A DNA stretch of 64,000 bases from Candidatus Poseidoniaceae archaeon (GCA_965662895.1 CBFIJH010000001.1:157994-221993); one strand, 5' to 3'; numbered from the stretch's first letter, positions 19,112 through 29,130 are shown. Numbers and translations: made by a program. Notes: generated from the sequence alone by a model not told the origin.

Positions 19112-20157
19112 GACCGAAAGCACCAGGGCTGTACATTTCGAAGTGGAGAGAAGAGGGGCCGGTGTCCCTTGAATCAGCACGAAGGTGGAGAGATGAATTT
19201 GGTTGGAACGATTGGATGGCAATCATTGAAGCAGCCCTGTATCTCGATGCTGCTGAATTGGTTGAATTGATTTTACCGGAACTCTCACCTGCACAACGAG
19301 CAACATTCGATTTAGTGCGGCGACGAATGTTAGGTGATCAACGTCTCGAGGAAGCCATCGATAAAGCACTCGAAATCTGTCGAACGCCAGAAACTCGAGA
19401 CCTCGCACTTGAAGGTCGACTTCGAATGGAGCGGGGGCTTCAACGGTTTGAAAAAGGAGATTCTGAAGGAGCTGAAGAAGATTTCACATGGGCAGAAACG
19501 CGATTAAAATCAGTAGCGAAAGCGAGTCGTGACCACGACCTTTCACTCCTCAACAAAGCTGCTTTTCACATGGCCTCTGGAGAAGATCTGATGGCGCTTC
19601 AAGTCTATGGCGACATTTCTCGACAAGAAAAGCACGCGCATGAAACCATCGCCATTTCTCGTATCGGAGCATCGAGAATTCATGCTCGATATGGACGGAT
19701 GTTCGATGCGGCTCGAAATGCTTGGAATGGGCACGCACACGCCATTCTTGCTGGTCAAATTGCGATGGCGATTGAAGCAGGATCCCTATTTTTGGATTTG
19801 TCAATCGATGCACAAGATGCATCTGCCACACGTTTTCAACAACAAGTCGATGAATCGAAGCCACGAGATGTGGGAGAAAAAGCACCTGAATTGAACGTCC
19901 ACCCAGATGATGTTTCAGGTGTCTTTGAGTGGTGTGTCAAGCATTTGGAGAAACAGCCAACTGGTCACGATCGACCCGATTTACGAGCCATGATCATGAT
20001 GGCTCATCGTCTCGACAGACTCGATGAGTTCAGTTGGCTCATCGATCAACCTGAAGCCGTTGAAGATTCGATGTTGGTTGCCGTAGTCCTCGGTTGCTCA
20101 ATCGATGAAGAACAAAATCTTGCTTGGACTGAGCGCATGCAATCATTGATGCCCTAG
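19108..20157 (+). CDS. Conserved hypothetical protein translationally coupled to the superoperon.
   Basis: Its ATG overlaps the DHH gene stop (ATGA). 349 aa, acidic, no recognisable motifs. Confidence 0.5.
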   Translation: MRPKAPGLYISKWREEGPVSLESARRWRDEFGWNDWMAIIEAALYLDAAELVELILPELSPAQRATFDLVRRRMLGDQRLEEAIDKALEICRTPETRDLALEGRLRMERGLQRFEKGDSEGAEEDFTWAETRLKSVAKASRDHDLSLLNKAAFHMASGEDLMALQVYGDISRQEKHAHETIAISRIGASRIHARYGRMFDAARNAWNGHAHAILAGQIAMAIEAGSLFLDLSIDAQDASATRFQQQVDESKPRDVGEKAPELNVHPDDVSGVFEWCVKHLEKQPTGHDRPDLRAMIMMAHRLDRLDEFSWLIDQPEAVEDSMLVAVVLGCSIDEEQNLAWTERMQSLMP

Positions 20158-20586
20158 TTCTATAGAATCGGCCCATTCGCTCAAATCATGGACCTCTTTG
20201 ATGTCCCAATGCGTAAATTCTGGCAATTCTGTAAACCACTTGACAGTTCGGACGTGCTGGTCGTCAACGTTCCATGATGTTTTTGAAAACGGATGACGTT
20301 GATCATCCACGATGATGAGCCCGACCCATCCATCTGGGTAATACGTGGTATTCCAGGCAACCAATTGACCAGAACCACCTACTTCTTCAGTAAGTTCCCG
20401 TTGAAGTGCCTGTTCAGGCGTCTCATTTTTTTCGATGTGACCACCGGGAAATTCCCAACCTCGTTCGGGGTGGTTGACCAATAAGATTTGACCTGAATTC
20501 TGAATTGATCGAGCATTGCTTTGCGGCACGACGTACGCTAAAACAAAGGATGGAGGCATACGATCACCTACATCCTTTCCCGACAC
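20143..20586 (-). CDS. Nudix hydrolase.
   Basis: Nudix box GGHIEKNETPEQALQRELTEEVG (Gx5Ex7REUxEExGU). Confidence 0.8.
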   Translation of the reverse strand: MSGKDVGDRMPPSFVLAYVVPQSNARSIQNSGQILLVNHPERGWEFPGGHIEKNETPEQALQRELTEEVGGSGQLVAWNTTYYPDGWVGLIIVDDQRHPFSKTSWNVDDQHVRTVKWFTELPEFTHWDIKEVHDLSEWADSIELGHQ

Positions 20587-21602
20587 TGGTCAAGATATGT
20601 AACAGCCCAGTCTTCGCCTGAAGCGACAAGACGTCGGGCTAAGAAAAATGCCTCCGATACGTTATCTGATTCAAGAAGCATAAGCAATCGCCTCTCATCT
20701 TTGTCAAGTTCTTGAGGTTCCTCCACTTCTTCTTGATTTATTCGAGCGTCGGTAGAATCAACCCGCACACGCTCGTTCAGTTGTTCCATTTGTTCAAGGA
20801 ATGCCGTTCTATGTTCCAGTTTAGGACCGCTCCATGGAGTTTGTTCTTCACCTTCCATTCGTTCAGTTAATCGATTCAAAAATTCATCTCGCACACGCAA
20901 ATGGGGCATCAGCGTTTGGACATGGTCGTAACATGACCAAGCTGAATCGATCTCTTGTCGGCGCTCATGAAGTCGCCCCAATTGCATCCAAAGTTCATGA
21001 TTGGAGGGGCGATGCGCGAGAAGATGTCGGCTCAATTCGATGAATAAATCTTCAAAACCTTGCAATCGCAGGATTTCGATACGGCGAGCATAAACGATAT
21101 TTGCCCGTTGATCCCTGAAATCCAAATCTCTGCATCGATCGGCAAACTCTGCAATTTCGATGAGAACTGCATCACTTTCCTCATCCCCGCCTCCGCGTTC
21201 AATCAAAGCGTCCCACCATGCCTCAGGAGTAAGAGGATCACGAACGAATGCAGCCTCAAGCAGTTCCAGACCAAATTCAAGATAATTGAGATTTTTTAGT
21301 TTCTCGAATTGTTCTGTATCCCTGCCAAGAACCGTGAAAACATCCTCTAAGACAATGCCAAGTCCATCATTGTCCTTGAGTTGAAGTTTGATATCCGCAA
21401 GACATCGCCAGTTCCTCTCGTCCGTAAAGTCATGCAACAGAGCCTGACGCGCATTCTGCTCTGCCCATTGCATGTTGGCCGCTTTTCGTTCGGGGTCGAT
21501 TTTTGCAAGGCGAACGAATTTTTGCGCCTGTGAGCGATATCGATTGCCTAAATTCCTTCGAGGATGTTGCAAATCATCGTGAGAAGATTGACGCATGACC
21601 AT
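20568..21602 (-). CDS. Hypothetical acidic protein co-operonic with the UbiD-like gene and Nudix.
   Basis: A 344-aa ORF, 3 nt downstream of the UbiD-like gene and overlapping the Nudix gene. Helical and acidic, with no known motif. Confidence 0.5.
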   Translation of the reverse strand: MVMRQSSHDDLQHPRRNLGNRYRSQAQKFVRLAKIDPERKAANMQWAEQNARQALLHDFTDERNWRCLADIKLQLKDNDGLGIVLEDVFTVLGRDTEQFEKLKNLNYLEFGLELLEAAFVRDPLTPEAWWDALIERGGGDEESDAVLIEIAEFADRCRDLDFRDQRANIVYARRIEILRLQGFEDLFIELSRHLLAHRPSNHELWMQLGRLHERRQEIDSAWSCYDHVQTLMPHLRVRDEFLNRLTERMEGEEQTPWSGPKLEHRTAFLEQMEQLNERVRVDSTDARINQEEVEEPQELDKDERRLLMLLESDNVSEAFFLARRLVASGEDWAVTYLDQCRERM

Positions 21603-21604
21603 CC

Positions 21605-22876
21605 CTACTGGACGCTCATGTACCCATCTGGGTTATCTGAATGATGGATGGTTGCATCAAATCCGACTTTCGACGTTTGCCCGTCTTGATACCGTGACGG
21701 ATCAAGGCTCGAACCTTTTTGATTTTCAAAGATGTGCGTGTCCCGATCAGGTTGCCAACGAGTTACCATCGCCCATTCTACTCGCACAGGATTCGTTATG
21801 TCGATGTCTTCATCAACAATTGTAACCATTTTCATCGAGCGATGACCTGCTAAAGCTGCCTCGATGGCTTTTCGACCATCGTCTTCGGAAGTTTTCCGAA
21901 TTTTTACGACTGCAGCAAGCCATCCACAACCTCCTTCTGTCATATGGACATCAATGCAATCGACAACTTTGGCAACTGCCTCTTTGATGGTTGGAGAACG
22001 AGGCAAGCCCATGAGCGTCTTGTGTTCTGCCTCACCGGGAATGAGCGCATGGAAAATTGGATTGTTACGATGGAGAACGCCATCAACTTCGATAACAGGT
22101 TCTTGACGAACATCATCAACCGTTCCTGTAATATCGACATATGGACCTTCATCATCATCTTCCAGCGTGATGTGGCCCCACATAGCGTACTCAGCATCCG
22201 CAGGTACCTCAATTCCATTTGGTAGTTGAACCAATTGAAGTGGTTTATCGTACAATTTTTCATGAAGCGCCGCCGCTATTGTCAATTCATCGATTGGTTC
22301 ATCAAAGGACATCGCACCTGCAAGGAGTACAACAGGATCTGGAGCATTGACGATAGCGATTCGAACCTCTTCTCCACGTTCCCTCGCCTCGTCGACCATC
22401 GTTCGTAAGTGCCGGGGTACGAGACGAACGACCAGGTGATTCTTGTCACGCAAGAACTGCCGATGAAAACTCATGTTCCGGCGACCGTTCACCTCAGCGA
22501 TGATAACACTCGCTGACATGTATCGGCCCCGATCTTGTGGCCAGTGGTGCGGGATGGGTAAGTTTCGCAAGTCGACGTTTTCCTGCATTTGATCATAAAC
22601 AGGAGCTTCTGAGGCAGAAATAACTTCAGGAGTCGATGGATTTTTCATCGCCCAGGCAAGAGTGTCAATGTAGACCTCAGGTTGAATGCCAATGGCCTCG
22701 CAAAGCCTATCCCGTGTTAGCATGTTGACGGATATGCGCTGACCGGGAACCTCCTCGATGTTTTCGAACAACAGGTTTGGATGGCCTTGTTTTGTGCTTT
22801 GCTCCCAAATTCCGTGGACGAGACTAACTTGCTCATCGATTCGATGAGCATGTGACAGGTGATCTCGGAATGCCAA
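21605..22876 (-). CDS. UbiD-family (prenyl-FMN dependent) decarboxylase; candidate anhydromevalonate-phosphate decarboxylase of the archaeal mevalonate pathway.
   Basis: About 423 aa with UbiD-like overall similarity (split beta-barrel FMN-binding-like N-terminal part, RLVPRHLRTM and ITGTVDD regions). The size fits the archaeal AMPD-type UbiD homologs rather than the 490-aa bacterial UbiD. Confidence 0.55.
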   Translation of the reverse strand: MAFRDHLSHAHRIDEQVSLVHGIWEQSTKQGHPNLLFENIEEVPGQRISVNMLTRDRLCEAIGIQPEVYIDTLAWAMKNPSTPEVISASEAPVYDQMQENVDLRNLPIPHHWPQDRGRYMSASVIIAEVNGRRNMSFHRQFLRDKNHLVVRLVPRHLRTMVDEARERGEEVRIAIVNAPDPVVLLAGAMSFDEPIDELTIAAALHEKLYDKPLQLVQLPNGIEVPADAEYAMWGHITLEDDDEGPYVDITGTVDDVRQEPVIEVDGVLHRNNPIFHALIPGEAEHKTLMGLPRSPTIKEAVAKVVDCIDVHMTEGGCGWLAAVVKIRKTSEDDGRKAIEAALAGHRSMKMVTIVDEDIDITNPVRVEWAMVTRWQPDRDTHIFENQKGSSLDPSRYQDGQTSKVGFDATIHHSDNPDGYMSVQ

Positions 22877-22888
22877 CGTATCACGCCC

Positions 22889-23119
22889 TCAGAACTTGGT
22901 CTGAGTGTCTTCAAGATACCTTGGCCGTTCTTCTTCCTCCGGTTCGGATGTTGCAGACATCATGTTCAATCCGGAAAACAATCCTATAATGCCCACAGCG
23001 TGAGATGTAAGGATGTCGACGTTGGTGTCAACAAGCTCAATCCAATAATTGACAATGACCAAAAGGCCGAGAAGGATGGTTAGCAACGCCACGATTGGTC
23101 GCATGCCTTGCGGAATCAT
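22889..23119 (-). CDS. Small membrane protein (2 TM helices).
   Basis: A 76-aa ORF, hydrophobic, with an acidic tail. Weak support. Confidence 0.3.
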   Translation of the reverse strand: MIPQGMRPIVALLTILLGLLVIVNYWIELVDTNVDILTSHAVGIIGLFSGLNMMSATSEPEEEERPRYLEDTQTKF

Positions 23120-23246
23120 GAATGAACTAACAGGAACTTGTTTATGATGTTATTCTTCCAATCAGGCGGTGCAATCATCACGCCGATGAAACGGCGACTT
23201 GATATATGAAAGCAAAGTCGGGAGAACGCTCGAATGAGGTTTTAAC

Positions 23247-23675
23247 ATGGGTAGAGGACTCTTTGCAGGTGCAAAAATGGCCAAGGACCGACAAAAGTTT
23301 CGTTGGTCCGACCGACGTTACAAGAAGCGCATGCTCAAATCTCGCGCCAAGCACGACCCGCTTGCCGGATCCACGCAAGCCAAGGGTATCGTTGTAGAAA
23401 AAGTTGGTATTGAAGCCAAACAACCAAATTCAGGAATCCGCAAAGCAGTCAAGATTTCGCTCATCAAAAACGGAAATAAATTGACGGCGTTCGCACCTGG
23501 AGACGGTGCAATCAACTTTATCGACGAGCACGACGAAGTCATGGTCGAAGGTATCGGTGGACGCATGGGTCGTTCATACGGAGATATTCCCGGCGTTCGA
23601 TACAAGGTCATCCAAGTCAACGGCGTATCTCTCGACGAAATGGTTCGAGGTCGAAAGGAGAAGCCAGTCCGCTGA
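23247..23675 (+). CDS. rps12: 30S ribosomal protein S12 (uS12).
   Basis: The [25 protein letters not shown] signature. Confidence 0.9.
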   Translation: MGRGLFAGAKMAKDRQKFRWSDRRYKKRMLKSRAKHDPLAGSTQAKGIVVEKVGIEAKQPNSGIRKAVKISLIKNGNKLTAFAPGDGAINFIDEHDEVMVEGIGGRMGRSYGDIPGVRYKVIQVNGVSLDEMVRGRKEKPVR

Positions 23676-23685
23676 GGTGTTTACG

Positions 23686-24300
23686 ATGTCAGAAGAACAA
23701 GAAGAAGTCGTCGTCGACAACCGCCCAATTGCCGGTATCGGAACACTTGTTTTCGGCAAGTGGGATGCCGCTGAAGTCGTGTGCAACGACCCGGGTCTTG
23801 CACCTTACGTCAATCTCACAACCGTCGGTGTGCCTCACACTGGCGGCCGACATGCCAACATGTGGTTCGGAAAATCCAAGCTCAGCGTCGTCGAGCGTTA
23901 CATCAACAAGTTGATGCGAACCGGTGCTTACACAGGAAAGAAGCAATCCGCAATGAAAGCGTTCGAAAACGCACTCGATGTTCTTGCTGAGCGCCGTAAG
24001 ATGAACCCTCTACAGGTCTTTGTGGACGCGATTTGCAATGCTGCTCCAATGGAAGAGATTACCAGGATCAAATTCGGTGCTGTTTCACAACCAAAGGCAG
24101 TCGATTCATCACCCTCGCGACGTCTCGATGTTGCACTAAAGCACCTCGCCAAAGGTGCTCAGCAAGGCACACACAAGTCCAAACGAACACTGCAACAGTG
24201 CATCGTGAACGAACTCAACAAGGCTTCTGAAGGAGATGCGACATCGTTCGCTGTCGCCAAGAAAGAAGAGGTTGAGCGCATCGCAGCATCCGCTCGATGA
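23686..24300 (+). CDS. rps7: 30S ribosomal protein S7 (uS7).
   Basis: Start moved to the ATG at 23686 (MSEEQEE..). It lies in the conserved S12-S7-EF2 order. The long upstream frame overlaps the S12 gene. Confidence 0.9.
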   Translation: MSEEQEEVVVDNRPIAGIGTLVFGKWDAAEVVCNDPGLAPYVNLTTVGVPHTGGRHANMWFGKSKLSVVERYINKLMRTGAYTGKKQSAMKAFENALDVLAERRKMNPLQVFVDAICNAAPMEEITRIKFGAVSQPKAVDSSPSRRLDVALKHLAKGAQQGTHKSKRTLQQCIVNELNKASEGDATSFAVAKKEEVERIAASAR

Positions 24301-24391
24301 AAGCGCTTACGGCGTCGAATTTCGTCAATCTTTTGCGACTTGCTTAAGAACCCCATTCAAGTGGGCAAATTGAACCAGACAGGTGGATACC

Positions 24392-26599
24392 ATGGGACGT
24401 AAAGAAGACAACATCAAAAAGGCTACAGAAGTCATGCACATTCTTCCACAGATTCGAAATCTGTGCATCGCTGCGCACATTGATCACGGAAAAACAACAC
24501 TTTCAGACAACTTGATCGCTGGAGCCGGAATGATGTCCAGCGATTTGGCTGGTGCTGCACGAGTTTTGGATTTTGACGAGCAAGAATCCGCACGTGGTAT
24601 TACCATCAACGCTGCATCTGCATCAATGGTCCACGCTGTTGATGAAACCGACTATCTGATCAACCTCATCGACACACCCGGTCACGTTGACTTCGGTGGT
24701 GACGTAACACGTGCTATGCGTGCGGTCGATGGTTGTTTCATCCTTGCATGTGCTGTTGAGGGTCCAATGCCGCAGACTGAAACTGTTGTTCGTCAAGCAT
24801 TGAAAGAGAAGGTAAAGCCTGTTCTCTTCATCAACAAAGTCGACCGATTGATCAACGAATTGCAAGTTACACCTGAGGACATGATGAGTCGATTCCAAGA
24901 GACCATCACCAAGGTCAACAAACTCATCAAGCAATTCGCTCCTGAAGAATTCAAGAAGGAATGGCAAGTCAGTGTTATCGACGGTACAGTAGCATTTGGT
25001 AGCGCATACCACAATTGGGGAATTACCATCCCATACATGAAGAAGTCCGGAGTAAGCATGACGGATATCTTCCAATACTGCAACGATGAGAAGCAAAAGG
25101 AACTAGCGCAAGCTGCTCCTGTTCACGAAGTTCTTCTCGACATGGCGGTAACAAAACTACCGAGCCCAGTCGATGCTCAGCCATATCGTATTCCGAACAT
25201 TTGGACTGGCGACCTCGACTCTGCAATTGGAAAATCCATGATGGCTTGTGACCCAGAAGCAGAACTTGCTATGATGATTACAAAAATTTGGATGGACCCT
25301 CACGCTGGAGAAGTTGCAGTCGGCCGTATCTATTCCGGCGCTATTTCGCAAGGTGAATCGGTTTTCGCTATCGGTGCTGCAAAACCTGAACGTGTTCAGC
25401 AAGTTAGCATGATGGTTGGTGGTGACCGAATCACTGTACCGAAAGTCGTTGCAGGAAACATCGCTGCAATTACAGGTATCCGAAGTGCTGCTGCTGGTGT
25501 TACTCTATCACGAGACAAGGACTTCACACCGTTTGAAGCAATACGCCATTACTCTGATCCGGTCGTTACGGTCGCCGTTGAGCCAAAGAGCATGAAAGAT
25601 CTTCCAAAGTTCATCGATGCACTTCGCTCACTCGCTAAGGCGGACGCATCCTTGCAAGTTACAACCAACCAAGAAACTGGTGAAGCGTTGTTGGCTGGAA
25701 TGGGAGAACTTCACCTTGAGATTACTGTTTACCGAATTGAGGAAGAGCAAAACATCAAGGTCAGTGTCAGCCCACCGATCGTCGTTTATCGTGAAGGTAT
25801 TCAAGGTAGTAACCGTGGACATGCTTTCGAAGGAAAGTCTCCGAACCGACACAACCGTTTCTTCTTTGAGATTGAGGCACTATCGGACGAAGTTGTCGGC
25901 GCTCTGCGCAATGGTGACCTCGGTGACGGTCCAGTGCGAAGCAGTGATGCAAAGGAAACCGGTAACAAGTTCGGTGAACTCGGAATGGACAAGGATTTGA
26001 TGCGAAAGATCTATGCCATCAACGGAACCAATGTATTGGTCAACGATACAAAGGGTATCCAAGGACTTCACGAGACTCGTGAGTTGATTATTGAAGCATT
26101 TAACGAAGTTTGCAAGAAAGGACCCATCGCCGATGAGCCTGTCCAAGGTATGTTTGTGCGACTCACAGATGCGAAACTCCACGAGGACGCGATTCACCGT
26201 GGACCTGCTCAAACTATCCCTGCAGTTCGAAACGGAATCAAGGGTGCAATGATGCGAGCCAAGACTGTAATTCTTGAGCCGATGCAGAAGGCATTCGTAT
26301 CCGTACCAAACGACTGGCTCGGTCAAGTTACGCGTGAGGTCACCAACCGACGTGGAATCATCGAAGACATGCCGAGTGAAGGCGATGTCACAACAGTCGT
26401 TGGTGTTCTACCAATCGCTGAAACCTTCGGTTTCTCAAACGACATTCGTGCAGCATCGCAAGGACGTGCAGTTTGGAACACAGAAAACCTCGGATTTGAA
26501 ATGCTTCCACCACAGTTGTTCGACAAGGTTGTTGGAGAAATTCGAACCCGAAAGGGATTGAAACCCGATCCAAACCCCGAATCCTATTATGCAGATTGA
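24392..26599 (+). CDS. fusA: Elongation factor 2 (aEF-2).
   Basis: The G-domain AHIDHGKTTL, DTPGHVDF and NKVDR motifs, and the diphthamide-region HRGPAQ. Confidence 0.95.
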   Translation: MGRKEDNIKKATEVMHILPQIRNLCIAAHIDHGKTTLSDNLIAGAGMMSSDLAGAARVLDFDEQESARGITINAASASMVHAVDETDYLINLIDTPGHVDFGGDVTRAMRAVDGCFILACAVEGPMPQTETVVRQALKEKVKPVLFINKVDRLINELQVTPEDMMSRFQETITKVNKLIKQFAPEEFKKEWQVSVIDGTVAFGSAYHNWGITIPYMKKSGVSMTDIFQYCNDEKQKELAQAAPVHEVLLDMAVTKLPSPVDAQPYRIPNIWTGDLDSAIGKSMMACDPEAELAMMITKIWMDPHAGEVAVGRIYSGAISQGESVFAIGAAKPERVQQVSMMVGGDRITVPKVVAGNIAAITGIRSAAAGVTLSRDKDFTPFEAIRHYSDPVVTVAVEPKSMKDLPKFIDALRSLAKADASLQVTTNQETGEALLAGMGELHLEITVYRIEEEQNIKVSVSPPIVVYREGIQGSNRGHAFEGKSPNRHNRFFFEIEALSDEVVGALRNGDLGDGPVRSSDAKETGNKFGELGMDKDLMRKIYAINGTNVLVNDTKGIQGLHETRELIIEAFNEVCKKGPIADEPVQGMFVRLTDAKLHEDAIHRGPAQTIPAVRNGIKGAMMRAKTVILEPMQKAFVSVPNDWLGQVTREVTNRRGIIEDMPSEGDVTTVVGVLPIAETFGFSNDIRAASQGRAVWNTENLGFEMLPPQLFDKVVGEIRTRKGLKPDPNPESYYAD

Positions 26600-27072
26600 G
26601 CATGATAACTGGGAACATTTCTGGTCTCTTTGCAACCACAGTAGGTGGTGTACCAAAGCCAGAAGTTGATTCAATCATCGTTGGAAAACTTGGTGTAAAA
26701 GACGAGATTATTCGAGATACAAAACATCACGGTGGAGAACAAAAAGCCGTGTGTATCCTCGCTGAGGAAATCGTTCAGGATTTGCGAGAACGTGGACACC
26801 CGATTGCTGGTGGGACGACGGGTGAGAACATCCTGTTGAGTGTTCCATTCGAAGTTCTTCAACCAGGTGTTGTTCTTGAATTCGATGAAGCAGTCCTCGA
26901 GATCACCATGGCAGCTACACCTTGCAAAACCATCGCTGAATCATTTTTGAATCAGGAGTTCACGCTCCTCTCCGACAAACGACATCCTGGAAGAACGCGT
27001 TGGTATGCACGAGTGCAAGTTGAAGGAATTATCAAAAATGGAGAAAATGTTGCAATCAACTCAAACGCTTGA
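26596..27072 (+). CDS. MOSC-domain protein (YiiM-like).
   Basis: KHHGGEQKAVC and GENILL motifs typical of the MOSC beta-barrel. It begins within 3 nt of the EF-2 stop. Confidence 0.55.
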   Translation: MSMITGNISGLFATTVGGVPKPEVDSIIVGKLGVKDEIIRDTKHHGGEQKAVCILAEEIVQDLRERGHPIAGGTTGENILLSVPFEVLQPGVVLEFDEAVLEITMAATPCKTIAESFLNQEFTLLSDKRHPGRTRWYARVQVEGIIKNGENVAINSNA

Positions 27073-28810
27073 GTTGAAGGTCTGTCAGTTCTCGTAATGC
27101 AAGCATTGCTGGACCATCTGGCAGACGATCCAAACAAGCATGCGCATGTTGATGATACTCATTTGCTTTGACACGAGCATATTCGATGGAGCCAAGTTCC
27201 TCCAATGCAGCGATTCCGTCTTGAATCATCTCCTCTGTTGCTTCTTCACCCTTTCCTAACACGGACAGGAGTCGTGACTTGGTTTCTGAAGTGGGTTGCT
27301 TGAGAGCATGAATGACCATCAGCGTCTGCTTACCTTGGGCAACATCCGAACCCGTTGGTTTCCCAAGCGTTGCTGAATCTGAAAGAACGTCAATTAAGTC
27401 GTCCATCAATTGGAAACAAAGACCTACGGAAAGACCCCAATCTGCAAGGCATTTGATGACGTCTTCATCGGCTCCCGCCACTCGTGCCCCAATTTCAGCA
27501 CAGATGAGAAACATGACGGCAGTTTTTCCTTCGATCATCTCAAGATATTCCTCTTCTGTGACTCGCTCGCGTGTTTCAAACTCAATGTCCATTTGTTGGC
27601 CTTCGGAAACTCGTCGAACCATCCAAGCGATTCGATTTACCAATGAAGGTATATCTTGCAAGTCAATATTTGCTGACATAACAAGTCGCTCAAATGCAAT
27701 GGCGAGCATAGCATCCCCTGCATTGATCGCTGTCGGCATATCGTACTCGATATGCACAGCATTCCGGCCTCGCCGAATTTCATCATTGTCCATGATGTCA
27801 TCGTGAACGAGTGTGAAGTTGTGAATGGTTTCAATCGCAGCACCAATATCGAGAAGACCAGAATGCGTATCGCCTACAGCCCGTCCAACCAGCCATGGAA
27901 GCGTTGCACGCATTCGTTTTCCTCCACCATGAATGAGATGCATCATTGCACCAGCCAGACGTTCATGACGAGAAGCAGTCAAACTCTCAACAATTCGCTG
28001 TTCAATGAACGGACGGACTTCTTTGATACTCGTCAAGAGATCTGCACCTTCAGCACTTGGCAGCATGTGCGTGACATCACCCATGTCGTGAATCTTGCCA
28101 TCTCGGAGTGCCTCACACGCATCCTTGTCACCTGCAGCGCTCCACCATTCAGGCGTCATAATTCTTGCCGCAATGCAACGGAACCAAGGTGCAATAACTT
28201 CGTCTGAATTATCAGCAACCAACATCGCGTCCAATTCCTCGAAGTTCACCCACCTTACTGCTGAGACTTCATTCGCATTCGGATGAAGTTCAACGTCGGC
28301 TTGAATCATGAGAATGTGATCAATTTCTCGTTCAATCCAGTCAGCATTCATTCTGGAACAATAGCGCATTTTCGTTATGAAATGAAAATCATCAATGCTG
28401 AGCGATGAAGCTGGAATCCCTAACTCCTGATCGAGTTTGCGAATTGCAGCAAGTTTTACGCCTCTTGCATCTGTTTCATCCATCTCATCCTCACTTGCAA
28501 GAGGATGTGAGCAACAAGAGTTTGCCCAAACGCTTGGGAACGTAATCTTGTCATGTGCACGTTGCTGAAGCAGCAATTTTCCTTCCATATTGAACAATAA
28601 AACACTGAACGCCCGATGAAGTGCACCGGACTTGAAGTGGCTGTCTGCTTTGCTTATTGGGCCAATGACCACATCGTTTTCGTCGACCTGTAGGACAGCT
28701 TCCGCCATCATGCTCACTTGTGTTGAATCGGGTGACTGGGCTGCCATCAATTTTGAAACAGTATTGTCAATATCCGCTTCTGGAACATCTCCGCTTGCGT
28801 AGTTCGACAT
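27056..28810 (-). CDS. Fusion protein: type-1 isopentenyl-diphosphate delta-isomerase (Nudix-fold) fused to geranylgeranyl/polyprenyl diphosphate synthase.
   Basis: The N-terminal half matches E. coli-type IDI: HRAFSVLLFNMEGKLLLQQRA and FPSVWANSCCSHP, with the catalytic Cys. The C-terminal half has GKRMRA, the FARM motif LVHDDIMDNDEIRRGRNAVH and the SARM motif FQLMDDLIDV. Start set at the ATG at 28810 (MSNYASG..). The upstream in-frame extension to 29011 overlaps a neighbouring ORF and looks non-coding. Confidence 0.8.
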   Translation of the reverse strand: MSNYASGDVPEADIDNTVSKLMAAQSPDSTQVSMMAEAVLQVDENDVVIGPISKADSHFKSGALHRAFSVLLFNMEGKLLLQQRAHDKITFPSVWANSCCSHPLASEDEMDETDARGVKLAAIRKLDQELGIPASSLSIDDFHFITKMRYCSRMNADWIEREIDHILMIQADVELHPNANEVSAVRWVNFEELDAMLVADNSDEVIAPWFRCIAARIMTPEWWSAAGDKDACEALRDGKIHDMGDVTHMLPSAEGADLLTSIKEVRPFIEQRIVESLTASRHERLAGAMMHLIHGGGKRMRATLPWLVGRAVGDTHSGLLDIGAAIETIHNFTLVHDDIMDNDEIRRGRNAVHIEYDMPTAINAGDAMLAIAFERLVMSANIDLQDIPSLVNRIAWMVRRVSEGQQMDIEFETRERVTEEEYLEMIEGKTAVMFLICAEIGARVAGADEDVIKCLADWGLSVGLCFQLMDDLIDVLSDSATLGKPTGSDVAQGKQTLMVIHALKQPTSETKSRLLSVLGKGEEATEEMIQDGIAALEELGSIEYARVKANEYHQHAHACLDRLPDGPAMLALRELTDLQLKRLS

Positions 28811-28878
28811 ATGAGCCCCAACCTTTCTTTTGAGAGGCGCTACATAGAGAGTTCGCCTCAGGTCGCAGAAAACGACGC

Positions 28879-29121
28879 CTACTTTCGCCGAATGGACCAA
28901 TTTTTTCGACCAAGCCCTTCGAGGGCTACGCCTGTCATTGCCCCCCATGCGAGAGGAGAATCGATGGCGAAGTAAAACATTGGAACCATGACAAGGAATG
29001 CTAGGATCCAATGATGGAGCCAGAATGTCTTTGTTCGGATATGAAATTTTATGTTCTCAGTTGTCCAACGAACAATGGCGTAACTTGCGACGAGACCAAG
29101 TGCGTACAAACCAAAGTCCAT
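28879..29121 (-). CDS. Small 2-TM membrane protein between IPK and the IDI-GGPPS fusion.
   Basis: An 80-aa ORF with two clear hydrophobic helices. Its position suggests co-transcription with the isoprenoid genes. Confidence 0.35.
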   Translation of the reverse strand: MDFGLYALGLVASYAIVRWTTENIKFHIRTKTFWLHHWILAFLVMVPMFYFAIDSPLAWGAMTGVALEGLGRKNWSIRRK

Positions 29122-29130
29122 AGCATCAAC

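Noticed and set aside
27056-29011. The full 651-aa version of the IDI-GGPPS ORF, including a 67-aa N-terminal extension.
   Set aside because: The extension (MDPSIPCHGSNVLLRHRF...) is basic and Cys-rich. It overlaps the convergent small membrane ORF at 28879-29121. A proper Met (MSNYASG) precedes the IDI domain at 28810.
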